This document shows, piece by piece, positions 25,965 through 34,215 of a DNA stretch of 64,000 bases. A program made the translations under genes and the position numbers. Source of the stretch: an uncultured Actinomycetes bacterium (GTDB lineage: Bacteria > Actinomycetota > Thermoleophilia > Solirubrobacterales > 70-9). The stretch is taken from assembly GCA_963810455.1 (NCBI GenBank), contig CAWEOH010000062.1, positions 5,737 through 69,736 of the forward strand, read 5' to 3'. How positions within the stretch are numbered: position 1 is the stretch's first letter; each line of letters opens with the position of its first letter. The notes under the pieces are model-generated. The model had not been told where the DNA came from, made no database searches, and saw only the letters and a program-made list of their open reading frames with translations.

Positions 25965-26615
25965 TTGTTCTCCCGAGAGACACCGGCGGGGGCCGGGACG
26001 ACTGGGCTGGAAACCGAATTGGCGAACCGATCGAAGCGGCAGGAAATCCTCACCGGGATGCTGGAGGCGGTCGGTGAGGTCGGCTACGACGGGACCTCGG
26101 TGCGCACCGTGCTCGACCGCACCGGCCTCTACCGGCAGGCCTTCTACGACAACTTCTCCTCCAAGGAGGACTGCTACCTGCAGGCCTACGACGAGACGCT
26201 GGTGCGGATCGAGGCCGGGGTGCGGGCGGCGACATCCCAGCAGGAAGCCTGGCGCGGCCAGCTGCGGGCCGGGCTCGGCGCCCTGCTCGACTTCATCGAC
26301 TCCGAGCCGAAGGTGGCGCGGGCGCTGATCGTCGAGGTCCATCCCGCCGGCGAGGAGGCGGTCGCCAAGCACACCGCGGCGCTGGCCCGCAGCCACGCCT
26401 TCCTCGACCGCGCCCGCGAAGACCCCGAGGCGACCGCCGAGGCGGCGCCGGCGATCACCTCGGAAGCGATCGCCTCCGGGATCCACGTCGTCCTCCACTC
26501 GCGGCTCGCCGCCGGCGACCGCAACGGCTTCCGCCGCCTGCTGCCGGAGCTGATGTACGTCGCCGTGCTGCCCTATTTCGGCGGCGTGGCGGCGCGCGAA
26601 GAGATGCACGAGTAG
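25965..26615 (+). CDS. TetR/AcrR family transcriptional regulator (paralogue 3 of 4)
   Basis: The gene starts at a TTG. The product contains ..RQEILTGMLEAVGEVGYDGTSVRTVLDRTGLYRQAFYDNFSSKEDCY.. and ends ..LLPELMYVAVLPYFG. Confidence 0.88.
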   Translation: MFSRETPAGAGTTGLETELANRSKRQEILTGMLEAVGEVGYDGTSVRTVLDRTGLYRQAFYDNFSSKEDCYLQAYDETLVRIEAGVRAATSQQEAWRGQLRAGLGALLDFIDSEPKVARALIVEVHPAGEEAVAKHTAALARSHAFLDRAREDPEATAEAAPAITSEAIASGIHVVLHSRLAAGDRNGFRRLLPELMYVAVLPYFGGVAAREEMHE

Positions 26616-26645
26616 TTTCGCCCCGGGGTACCCTGGGACCAGGAG

Positions 26646-27320
26646 ATGGACTCGTCATCGCCTGATCCAGGTGTCAGGTCGGGTGCTCGGCCGGCGCGGA
26701 CCGTCTACAGCGTCCGCACACCGCGCGAGCGCGCGCTCGAGGCGATCGTGCGGATCGCCGCCGTACGCGGCTACCACGCGACCTCGGTCGGCGACGTGCT
26801 GGAGCGGGCCGAGCTCAGCCAGGGCGAGTTCGACGCGATGTTCGCCAGCAAGGAGGCCTGCTTCCTCGAAGCCTACGACGCGGTGGTCGACGTCGTCGTC
26901 GCTCACGTGACCGCGGCCTACCAGGCGAGCGCCGACGAGCCCTGGCCGGACCGGATCGTCGCCGGCCTGCGGGCGCTGGTCGGGCTGATGGCGGCGGAGG
27001 CGGAGATCGCGCGGATGACGCTGGTCGAGGCGACGGCGATCGGCGAAGACGCGCGGATCCGCTACCGCGCCGCGCTCGGCCGCTTCGTCCACTTCCTCGA
27101 GCAGGGGCGCGAGGCCTCCTCGCGCCCTGAGGAGCTGCCGGAAGAGACGGCGCGCTTCGCGATCGGCGGCGCGAGCTCGATCATCTTCAGCGAGATCCGG
27201 GCCGGCCGCGGCGAGGAGCTGCAGCGGATCCTGCCCGACCTCGTCTTCGCGGTGACCATGCCCTACCTCGGCGTCGAGGGGGCGGAAGCCGAGATGCGGC
27301 GCGCCGCCCGCGGCGGCTGA
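26646..27320 (+). CDS. TetR/AcrR family transcriptional regulator (paralogue 4 of 4)
   Basis: The product contains ..RERALEAIVRIAAVRGYHATSVGDVLERAELSQGEFDAMFASKEACF.. and ends ..ILPDLVFAVTMPYLG. Confidence 0.88.
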   Translation: MDSSSPDPGVRSGARPARTVYSVRTPRERALEAIVRIAAVRGYHATSVGDVLERAELSQGEFDAMFASKEACFLEAYDAVVDVVVAHVTAAYQASADEPWPDRIVAGLRALVGLMAAEAEIARMTLVEATAIGEDARIRYRAALGRFVHFLEQGREASSRPEELPEETARFAIGGASSIIFSEIRAGRGEELQRILPDLVFAVTMPYLGVEGAEAEMRRAARGG

Positions 27321-27351
27321 GCGGGCGCCGGGACCGCGGGCGCGGCGGCGC

Positions 27352-28104
27352 TCAGACGCCCTCGCCGTGGCGGCCCTCGCCGGCGGCGAAGCGGGCCGCG
27401 CCGCGCATCGCCACGGCGAGCGTCTCGCGGCCGAGGCCCAGCTCCACGGCCAGCCCCTCGGCGAGCGGCAGGCCGCTGCCCTCGATCGCGGCGCGGCGGT
27501 CGGCGAGCATCGTCTCCTGGGGGAAGGAGGCGAGCCGCTCGGCCAGCTGCAGCGCCCGCTCCAGGTGCGCGCCGGGAGCGACGACCTCGCTGAGCAGGCC
27601 GATCCGCTCCGCCTCCTCGGCGCCGACGGCGCGGCCGCTGAGGATCAGGTCGAGGGCGCGGCCGAGGCCGACCAGGCGCGGCAGCCGCTGGGTGCCGCCG
27701 TCGATCAGCGGCACGCCCCAGCGGCGCTCGAAGAAGCCGAGGGTGGAGCCGGGGGTGGCGACCCGCAGATCGCACCAGAGCGCCAGCTCGAGGCCGCCGG
27801 CGACGCAGTAGCCGTCGATCGCGGCGATCGTCGGCTTCGACGGGGTGAGGTGGGTGAAGCCCATCGGGCCGGAGGGGTGGTCGATGTCGAGCCCCTCCGA
27901 TTTGAGGTCGAAGCCGGCGCAGAAGGCGATGCCCCCGGCGCCGGTGAGGACGAGGACGCGGGCTTCGTCGTCGGCCTCGAACTCGGCGTGGCCGGCGCGC
28001 AGCGCCTCGGCGGTGGCGGCATCGACGGCGTTGCGCCGCTCGGGACGATCGATCGTCAGCAGCGCCGCGGAACCGACTCGCTCGTAGCGGACCTCGCGGC
28101 TCAC
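27352..28104 (-). CDS. Enoyl-CoA hydratase/isomerase (crotonase) family protein
   Basis: The gene starts at a GTG. The product contains ..ALLTIDRPERRNAVD...VLTGAGG.AFCAGFDLK...AAIDGYCVAGGLELALWCDLRVA. Confidence 0.9.
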   Translation of the reverse strand: MSREVRYERVGSAALLTIDRPERRNAVDAATAEALRAGHAEFEADDEARVLVLTGAGGIAFCAGFDLKSEGLDIDHPSGPMGFTHLTPSKPTIAAIDGYCVAGGLELALWCDLRVATPGSTLGFFERRWGVPLIDGGTQRLPRLVGLGRALDLILSGRAVGAEEAERIGLLSEVVAPGAHLERALQLAERLASFPQETMLADRRAAIEGSGLPLAEGLAVELGLGRETLAVAMRGAARFAAGEGRHGEGV

Positions 28105-28179
28105 GGGCAGATCCTCTCACAGCCCGACCGGTCTAAATGGTTGCAGCAAACTCCCTTGATTAAATGCCCGATCTCTTTC

Positions 28180-30189
28180 ATGTCGCGGCAACCTCGAAAG
28201 CCACCCGGCCGGGGCGGGCGGGAGACCCTCGGACGCCTTGGCGGCCTCGCGGCGAGCGAAGCGGACCGCGGCGAACGGGCGCTCTGGCTCTCCGGCGACG
28301 GGCACCGCGCGGCGCTCTTCCACCTCGGCGCCCTGACCCGCCTCAACGAGCTCGGGCTGCTGGCGCAGATCGGCACCGTCGGCGCCGTGGCCGGCGGCAG
28401 CATCCTCGCCGCGCTGCTCGCGACCCGCGTTCCCTGGCCGCTGCACGGCGCCTTCCGCGACTGGCCCGAGCAGGTGGCGGAGCCGCTGCGCGAGATCGTC
28501 AGCCGCAACGCGCGGGCGCGCTCGCTGCTGCGCCGGCCGCTGGCGCAGGGCGGCGGTGGCGAGGCGGCGCGGGAGGAGCAGTACGCGCGCGAGCTGGTCG
28601 ACGCGCAGGGGGGCGAGCCGCGCTGGGGCCCGCGCTTCGTCTTCGGCGCCTCGGGGCTGACGCTGAGCGGGCTCGCCGCCGGCTGGGAGGAATGCCTCGA
28701 ATGGGAGATCGGCACCGCCAGCGGCGACGGCGGCTACCCGCCGGAGCTGGTCGCGGAGACGATCGCCGCGGTGCGGGACGACCTCGACGCCTTCGGCGAG
28801 GCGGAGCGGGCGGTGCTCGAGAACCACGGCTACCTGCTCGCCGACGCTGCCCTGCGCGAGCACGGGATGGCCACCGGCGCGGGCGTCGAGCTGGCCCCCG
28901 CCGAACCGCCGCACCCCGCCTGGATGTCGCCGGCCCGGGTGCGCGAGGCGCTCGCCTGCAGCGGTCGCCGGACCCTGTTCGGGCGGCTGCGGCCGCGCCG
29001 CGCGGGCGGCGTCGAGCGCGTCCCCGAGCGCGCCTCGGAGGAGCTGACCGCGCTGCTGCGACGTCACCGGCCGGTACTGCAGTACGACTCGCTGGAGAGC
29101 TGCCGGGCCGACTCGGTGGCGACGATCTGCGAGGTCGTCGCGCCCGGGCGCTCGAACTCCCTGCACCGCGCCGACGGCAGCGTGATCGCCGCCGCGCTGC
29201 CGGGCCCCGGCGAGGCGCTGCTCTCGCTCGATTTCCTCGGCGGGCCCCGCTACGCCAACGGCGAGCCGGCGCGCTCGGGCGACTACCTCGACGAGTGCGG
29301 CGGCGCCCACGCCAAAGACGCGCTGGCGATCCGCGACCGCGACCGCGCCAAATACGCCGACGTCGTCTACGGTCACGCCCGCCACGACCGGGGCGGCGGG
29401 CTCTGGCTGCAGTACTGGTTCTTCTACTACTTCGAGGACCGTGGCCTGCTCGGGCTGGAGCGGCGCGAGGGGGACTGGGAGATGGTGCAGCTGCGGCTCG
29501 GCCCCGACCGCGCCCCGGAAGCCGCGACCTTCGCCCAGCACCGCGGCGGCGAGCGGCTGCGCTGGGACCAGGTCGAGCTGGCGCTGACCGAGGACGGGCA
29601 GGCGCCGGTCGTCTACCCGGCGCGCGGCTCGCACGCCTCGCTGCCGCGACCGGGCAGCTACCCGGCGCCGCTGCTCGCCGACCACAACGACGGCCTCGGG
29701 CCGCGGGTGCGGCCGCGACTGGAGCCGATCGCCGACGACGGCCCGAGCTGGGTGCTGTGGCCCGGGCGCTGGGGATCGACCCGGCGGCGCGAGCACTTCG
29801 AGGCGGAGAGCCCGCGCGGTCCGCGGCGCCAGCCGCAGTGGTGGGACCCGGCGACGTTCCACGAGGAGGCGGCGCCATGGAGCGGCAGGCCGCTGGCGGG
29901 GGCGGCCGAGGACGCGCCGCCGGCGCCGCGGCTCGAAGCGCGGTTGGAGGGCGGCCTGGCGCTGATCTCCTACGGCTTCCCGGCCGGCGGCGCGGCGGTG
30001 GCGCGGCTCGTCGCCGCCCCCTTCGACGGCAGCGGCGAGACCGGCGGCAGCCATCCCTTCGCGGTCGAGGGGCCGGCCGGCGAGGTGGCGCTGCAGCTCG
30101 CGGGCGAGCGCAACTGGCACGGGGTGCGGGTGGCGGCGACCTCGGTCGCCGGCGTTCCCGGCGAGACGGTCAGCGCGACCTTCGGCTAG
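28180..30189 (+). CDS. Patatin-like domain (degenerate catalytic motifs) fused to a Vps62/DUF946-like domain
   Basis: ATG 28180 lies in frame inside a longer spurious ORF. The N-terminus LWLSGDGHRAALFHLGALTRLNELGLL..GAVAGGSILAALLA resembles patatin-like LSGGGxRA...VSGGS, but with GDG and AVAGGS. The C-terminus GLWLQYWFFYYFEDRG...REGDWEMVQLRL...AQHRGG...VVYPARGSHAS resembles Vps62-type domains. Confidence 0.7.
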   Translation: MSRQPRKPPGRGGRETLGRLGGLAASEADRGERALWLSGDGHRAALFHLGALTRLNELGLLAQIGTVGAVAGGSILAALLATRVPWPLHGAFRDWPEQVAEPLREIVSRNARARSLLRRPLAQGGGGEAAREEQYARELVDAQGGEPRWGPRFVFGASGLTLSGLAAGWEECLEWEIGTASGDGGYPPELVAETIAAVRDDLDAFGEAERAVLENHGYLLADAALREHGMATGAGVELAPAEPPHPAWMSPARVREALACSGRRTLFGRLRPRRAGGVERVPERASEELTALLRRHRPVLQYDSLESCRADSVATICEVVAPGRSNSLHRADGSVIAAALPGPGEALLSLDFLGGPRYANGEPARSGDYLDECGGAHAKDALAIRDRDRAKYADVVYGHARHDRGGGLWLQYWFFYYFEDRGLLGLERREGDWEMVQLRLGPDRAPEAATFAQHRGGERLRWDQVELALTEDGQAPVVYPARGSHASLPRPGSYPAPLLADHNDGLGPRVRPRLEPIADDGPSWVLWPGRWGSTRRREHFEAESPRGPRRQPQWWDPATFHEEAAPWSGRPLAGAAEDAPPAPRLEARLEGGLALISYGFPAGGAAVARLVAAPFDGSGETGGSHPFAVEGPAGEVALQLAGERNWHGVRVAATSVAGVPGETVSATFG

Positions 30190-30659
30190 CGGGACGCGAG
30201 CGAAGCTGGGAGCGGGCGGGCTAGTCGCGACGAGACTCACGGGGACGCCGGCGACGCCCGGCTCCCGTGGGTGACGCCCCGGTCGCCGGCCGGGGGAAGG
30301 GCAGGTCTCCCACCGACCCCGCAACCGTAGGAGTCGGGCCGGACGCTCCGCCGTCGGCCCAGGGCGCCGTCGCCGGCCCGGCGACGGCACGAAAAAGCGA
30401 CCGGGGATGGCGCTCGTTTGCCTGCCTCGCACGTAGCCTTCGTGCCAAGAAGCTCGTCGCGCCACCTTTGAGATCCGCTCCCCGCTTGGCTTTCGCGGGA
30501 ACCCGGTCTCTCTCGGTCGCAGCTGAAACGTAGACGGCCGGGCGCCGGCTGCCAAGGGGGGCCGGCGCGACGATCTCGCAAACTACGGAAACATGGCGGG
30601 GCGGAAGGCGCCCGGCTCACCGGTGTCGCCGCCGCGCGCCCGTATACGTTCTCCGCGGG

Positions 30660-32066
30660 ATGAACGAGGGATCGGCAGCGTCGGCCCGCCGGGCGCGTCG
30701 CAACGTGGTGCTGACGGCGGCGATCGCGGGCCTCGGCGGGCTGCTGTTCGGCTACGACACCGGGATCATCGCCAGCGCCCTGCTCTTCATCCGGCAGGAC
30801 TTCGGGATCGGCAGCTTCGCCCAGGGCCTGGTCGTCGCCGCGGTGCCGATCGGCGCCGTCGCCGGCGCCGCGGTGGCGGGACCGGCGGCCGACCGCTACG
30901 GGCGGCGGCTGATGATCCTGATCGCCGCCCTCATCTTCATCGTCGGCGCCCTCGGCAGCGCCTTCGCGCCGGATACCGAGGTCCTGGTCGCGGTTCGCGT
31001 CGTGATCGGCCTCGCGATCGGCCTCGCCTCGGCCGCCGCCCCGGTCTACATCTCCGAGGTGGCGCCGCCGGAGAGCCGCGGCCGGCTGGTCACCTTCTTC
31101 CAGCTGGCGGTGACGGTCGGGATCCTCGTCGCCTACCTGGTCGGCTTCGCGCTGCACAGCGGCGGGCACTGGCGACTGATGCTGGGGCTCGGCTGCGTGC
31201 CGGCGCTGGCGCTGGCGATCGGGATGCTGCGGATGCCGCAGAGCCCGCGCTGGCTGGTGATGACCGGCGACGACTTTGCCGCGCGGGCGACGCTGGCGAA
31301 GATCCGGGTCGACGACCCGGACACGATCGACCGCGAGCTGCAGGAGATCAAGGGCAGCCTCGAGGCGAAGCCGGGTGCCTGGCGCGACCTGCTGGCGCCG
31401 GCGGTCAAGGCGGCGCTGGTGGTCGGCGTCGGCCTCGCGATCCTGCAGCAGATCACCGGCATCAACACGGTCATCTACTACGCGCCGACGATCGTCGAGT
31501 ACACCGGCCTCAGCGGCACCACCGGTCCGATCCTCGCCGCGGTCGGAGCGGGCATCGTCAACGTGACGATGACCCTGGTCGCGATCCGGCTGCTCGACCG
31601 CTCCGGTCGGCGGCCGCTGCTGCTGGCCGGCGTCGGCGGGATGAGCGCGGCGCTGTTCGTGCTCGGAATCGCCTTCATCGGCGGCGGTGGTGGCACGGTC
31701 GACTCGGCGCTCGCGATCGCCAGCCTGCTGGTCTTCATCGCCTGCTTCGCCTTCAGCCTCGGCCCGATCTTCTGGCTGCTGAACGCGGAGATCTACCCGC
31801 TCGACGTGCGCAGCAAGGCGGCCGGGCTGGGGACGATGGCCAACTGGACCTTCAACTTCATCGTCTCGCTCACCTTCCTGCTGCTGATCGAAGCGCTGGG
31901 TCAGAGCGGCACCTTCTTCCTCTACGGCGCGATCGGCCTCCTCACCCTCGTCTTCTGCTGGAAGCTGGTGCCGGAGACGAAGGGCAAACGGCTCGAGGAC
32001 ATCCAGGCGTACTTCGAGGAGAAGTCAGGCGCCGGCTCCTCCGCTGCGGCGCGAACGCAAGAGTAG
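30660..32066 (+). CDS. MFS sugar porter (sugar/inositol:H+ symporter family)
   Basis: The product contains GLLFGYDTGIIASALLFI, GRRLMIL, PQSPRWL, AGLGTMANW and PETKGKRLEDI, with 12 TM segments. Confidence 0.93.
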   Translation: MNEGSAASARRARRNVVLTAAIAGLGGLLFGYDTGIIASALLFIRQDFGIGSFAQGLVVAAVPIGAVAGAAVAGPAADRYGRRLMILIAALIFIVGALGSAFAPDTEVLVAVRVVIGLAIGLASAAAPVYISEVAPPESRGRLVTFFQLAVTVGILVAYLVGFALHSGGHWRLMLGLGCVPALALAIGMLRMPQSPRWLVMTGDDFAARATLAKIRVDDPDTIDRELQEIKGSLEAKPGAWRDLLAPAVKAALVVGVGLAILQQITGINTVIYYAPTIVEYTGLSGTTGPILAAVGAGIVNVTMTLVAIRLLDRSGRRPLLLAGVGGMSAALFVLGIAFIGGGGGTVDSALAIASLLVFIACFAFSLGPIFWLLNAEIYPLDVRSKAAGLGTMANWTFNFIVSLTFLLLIEALGQSGTFFLYGAIGLLTLVFCWKLVPETKGKRLEDIQAYFEEKSGAGSSAAARTQE

Positions 32067-32087
32067 GGCGCCGGCTCCTCTGCTTCC

Positions 32088-32129
32088 GCGCGGGGGCGCT
32101 CATCACACCCGGAGGCCTCGCCCCCGCGC
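32088..32129 (+). terminator. GC-rich hairpin after the sugar porter gene
   Basis: GCGCGGGGGCG-N20-CGCCCCCGCGC has an 11-bp perfect stem, 22 nt after the stop. There is no T tract. Confidence 0.4.
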
Positions 32130-32184
32130 TCGCGCGTCCGGGTCCGGCTTCGCGACGGGGGGCAGCTTCGCATACCCTCATCGA

Positions 32185-33108
32185 ATGCGCATAGACCAGA
32201 TCATCGCCGCACAAGGACCCACCTTCTCGATCGAGTTCTTCCCGCCGAAGAGCGACGAGGCGACGGCACAGCTGTTCGAAACGGCCCGTGCCCTGGGCGA
32301 GCTCGAGCCCGACTTCGTCTCGGTCACCTACGGGGCCGGCGGCGCGACCCGCGACGGCACGGTCGAGATCACCAAGACGCTGAAGGACGACTTCGGCTTC
32401 GAGACGATGGCCCACCTGAGCTGCGTCGGCGAGACCAAGGCCGGGATCGGCGGGACGCTCGACCGGATCGAGGCGGCGGGGATCGAGAACGTCTTCGCCC
32501 TGCGCGGCGACCCGCCGCGCGGCGAAACCGACTTCGTCCAGCCCGAGGGCGGCCTCGGCAGCGCCGCCGAGCTGGCCGAGTTCGTCACCGCCGGCTGGGA
32601 GTTCTGCGTCGGCGGCGCCTGCTTCCCCGAGGTGCACCCCGAGGCGCCCGACCTCGAGACCGACCTCACCTACCTGAAGACCAAGGTCGAGTCCGGCGCC
32701 AGCTTCCTGATCACCCAGCTCTTCTTCGACAACCAGGTCTATTTCGACTTCGTGCGGGCGGCGCGGGCGCGGGGGATCGAGGTGCCGATCATCGCCGGGG
32801 TGATCCCGGTCGCCAGCTTCGCCCAGACGAAGCGGATCTGCGAACTCTGCGACGCCTCGATCCCGCCGCGGCTGGAGGCCGCCTTCGCCGCTGCCGGCGG
32901 CGACCCGGAACGCGAGTTCGAGCTCGGCGTGGCGTACGCGGCGCAGCAGTGCTCGGAGCTGCTGATCGCCGGCGCTCCCGGCATCCACTTCTACGCCCTG
33001 AACCGGGCGCCGGCGACGCGGGCGGTGCTCGGCGCGCTGAAAGCGTCGCGGCCATGGGAGCGGACGCGGGGGGATGCTGGGACCTTGGCCGGGAGTGCCG
33101 GGGAGTAG
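32185..33108 (+). CDS. metF: Methylenetetrahydrofolate reductase
   Basis: The product contains FSIEFFPPKSDEA...FVSVTYGAGGATR...HLSCVG...ALRGDPP...ITQLFFD. Confidence 0.93.
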   Translation: MRIDQIIAAQGPTFSIEFFPPKSDEATAQLFETARALGELEPDFVSVTYGAGGATRDGTVEITKTLKDDFGFETMAHLSCVGETKAGIGGTLDRIEAAGIENVFALRGDPPRGETDFVQPEGGLGSAAELAEFVTAGWEFCVGGACFPEVHPEAPDLETDLTYLKTKVESGASFLITQLFFDNQVYFDFVRAARARGIEVPIIAGVIPVASFAQTKRICELCDASIPPRLEAAFAAAGGDPEREFELGVAYAAQQCSELLIAGAPGIHFYALNRAPATRAVLGALKASRPWERTRGDAGTLAGSAGE

Positions 33109-33121
33109 CTCGGAGGTGGGT

Positions 33122-33196
33122 GGGGTCCGAGTACCCCTCCCAAAACTCGCTCGCTTCGCTCGCTTTTGAGTGTTTTGGGAGGGGTACCCGGACCCC
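33122..33196. repeat. Large inverted repeat (25-bp arms, 24/25 matching) between convergent genes
   Basis: GGGGTCCGAGTACCCCTCCCAAAAC-N25-GTTTTGGGAGGGGTACCCGGACCCC. The 25-nt spacer contains the tandem TCGCTCGCT x2. Confidence 0.75.
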
Positions 33197-33209
33197 TTCT
33201 CAGATTCGG

Positions 33210-34191
33210 TTACGCCCGGTATGCCGGGAAGAAGGTCCCCGCGTCGCCTCCTTCGCTTAGCTTGCTGTACTTCTCGGGGTCGCAGATGATCTCGGAGGTC
33301 TGCCAGGGTTCGGTGCGGTTGGCGAAGCCTCGCTTGAACTCCTCCAGGGGGTCGTTGGGGCGCAGGCCGCCGCCGAGGTTGAGGGGGAGTTGCAGGTCGG
33401 TGGCGTGGTCGACGAGGGCGGTGACGACGTTCTTCATCGGGGCCTCGCGCAGGTGGGAGTCGGCGGTGCCGGAGAGGTAGTAGTGGAGGTAGCCGTCGCT
33501 GACGGCGGCGATCGAGGCGGCGGCGAGCTCGCCGCCGGGGGCGGTGGCGAGGACGAGCCAGGTCCGCGCCGCTTCGAGCACGCGGTCGAAGTAGGCGGCG
33601 CCGAAGAAGTAGCGGTCGGCGGCGGCGGCGCGGCGCATCGTCTGCTCGTAGACGATCGAGGAAGCCGGCGCGCTGGGCGGGCGTCGTCGCGGCGCCGGGG
33701 ACCAGCTCGAGCTCGTAGCCCGCTTCCTCGTTGCGGCGGACCTGGCGGCGGTCGCTGGGCCGGCTCTTGCGCTTCAGCGCCGGGTCGGCGACCTGGACGA
33801 TGTTGCGCTCGGTCGCCCCGGCGAGCGGCGAGGGCCCGAGCCGGTGCCGCAGGAAGACGCTGACCAGCCCCGTCGCGCCCCAGTCGACCTCCGCCGGATC
33901 CAGCCCCTCTCCCACCGTGGCAGAGCTTTCCTGGAATATGTCCAGGTTTTCTCTGCCACGGTCGGGGGAGGTGGGGACCAGGCCGGGATAGCCGTAGGGC
34001 GAGGCGGCGTCGCGCTCGGCGCTGCCGGGGACCTCGCGGACGACCAGGGGGGCGACGAGCGTGGCGCCCCCGGCCTCGATGCGCAGGGTGTGGGTCGCGT
34101 CCTCCGCGTCGAGGAACTCGCGGCTGCGGAAGAACTCGCCGCCGGCCGCCGCTGCGCCGCGGTCGGAGATCAGCTCGGCGCGCGCCTTCAC
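33210..34191 (-). CDS. FemAB-like / Acetyltransf_6-type GNAT-fold transferase, apparent +1 frameshift
   Basis: The N-terminal 175 aa (MKARAELISD...ELELVPGAATTPAQRAGFL) and the C-terminal 150 aa (IVYEQTMRRAAAADRYFFGAAYF...YLHYYLSGTAD...LNLGGG...EFKRGFA) lie in adjacent frames that meet near 33651-33666. The span is 982 nt, which is 3n+1. Confidence 0.65.
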
Positions 34192-34215
34192 CGGGTCACC
34201 CCGCCGGCGTCGCCC

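Noticed and set aside
27367-28179. The N-terminal 271 codons of the 940-aa ORF 27367-30189.
   Set aside because: This part is antisense to the crotonase gene and translates to low-complexity sequence. The patatin-like homology begins only after ATG 28180.
30455-30485. CCACCTTTGAGATCCGCTCC looked superficially like the ACCCTTTGAACCTGATC segment of a TPP riboswitch.
   Set aside because: The CTGAGA box and the pyrimidine-sensor helix are absent, the order of elements does not fit, and the downstream gene is a sugar porter.
30221-30533. ORFs 30221-30448 (minus strand, 75 aa) and 30267-30533 (plus strand, 88 aa) in the long intergenic region.
   Set aside because: Both translate to Arg/Pro/Ala/Gly-rich sequences with no motifs, overlap each other antisense, and have no RBS. 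I treated them as non-coding.
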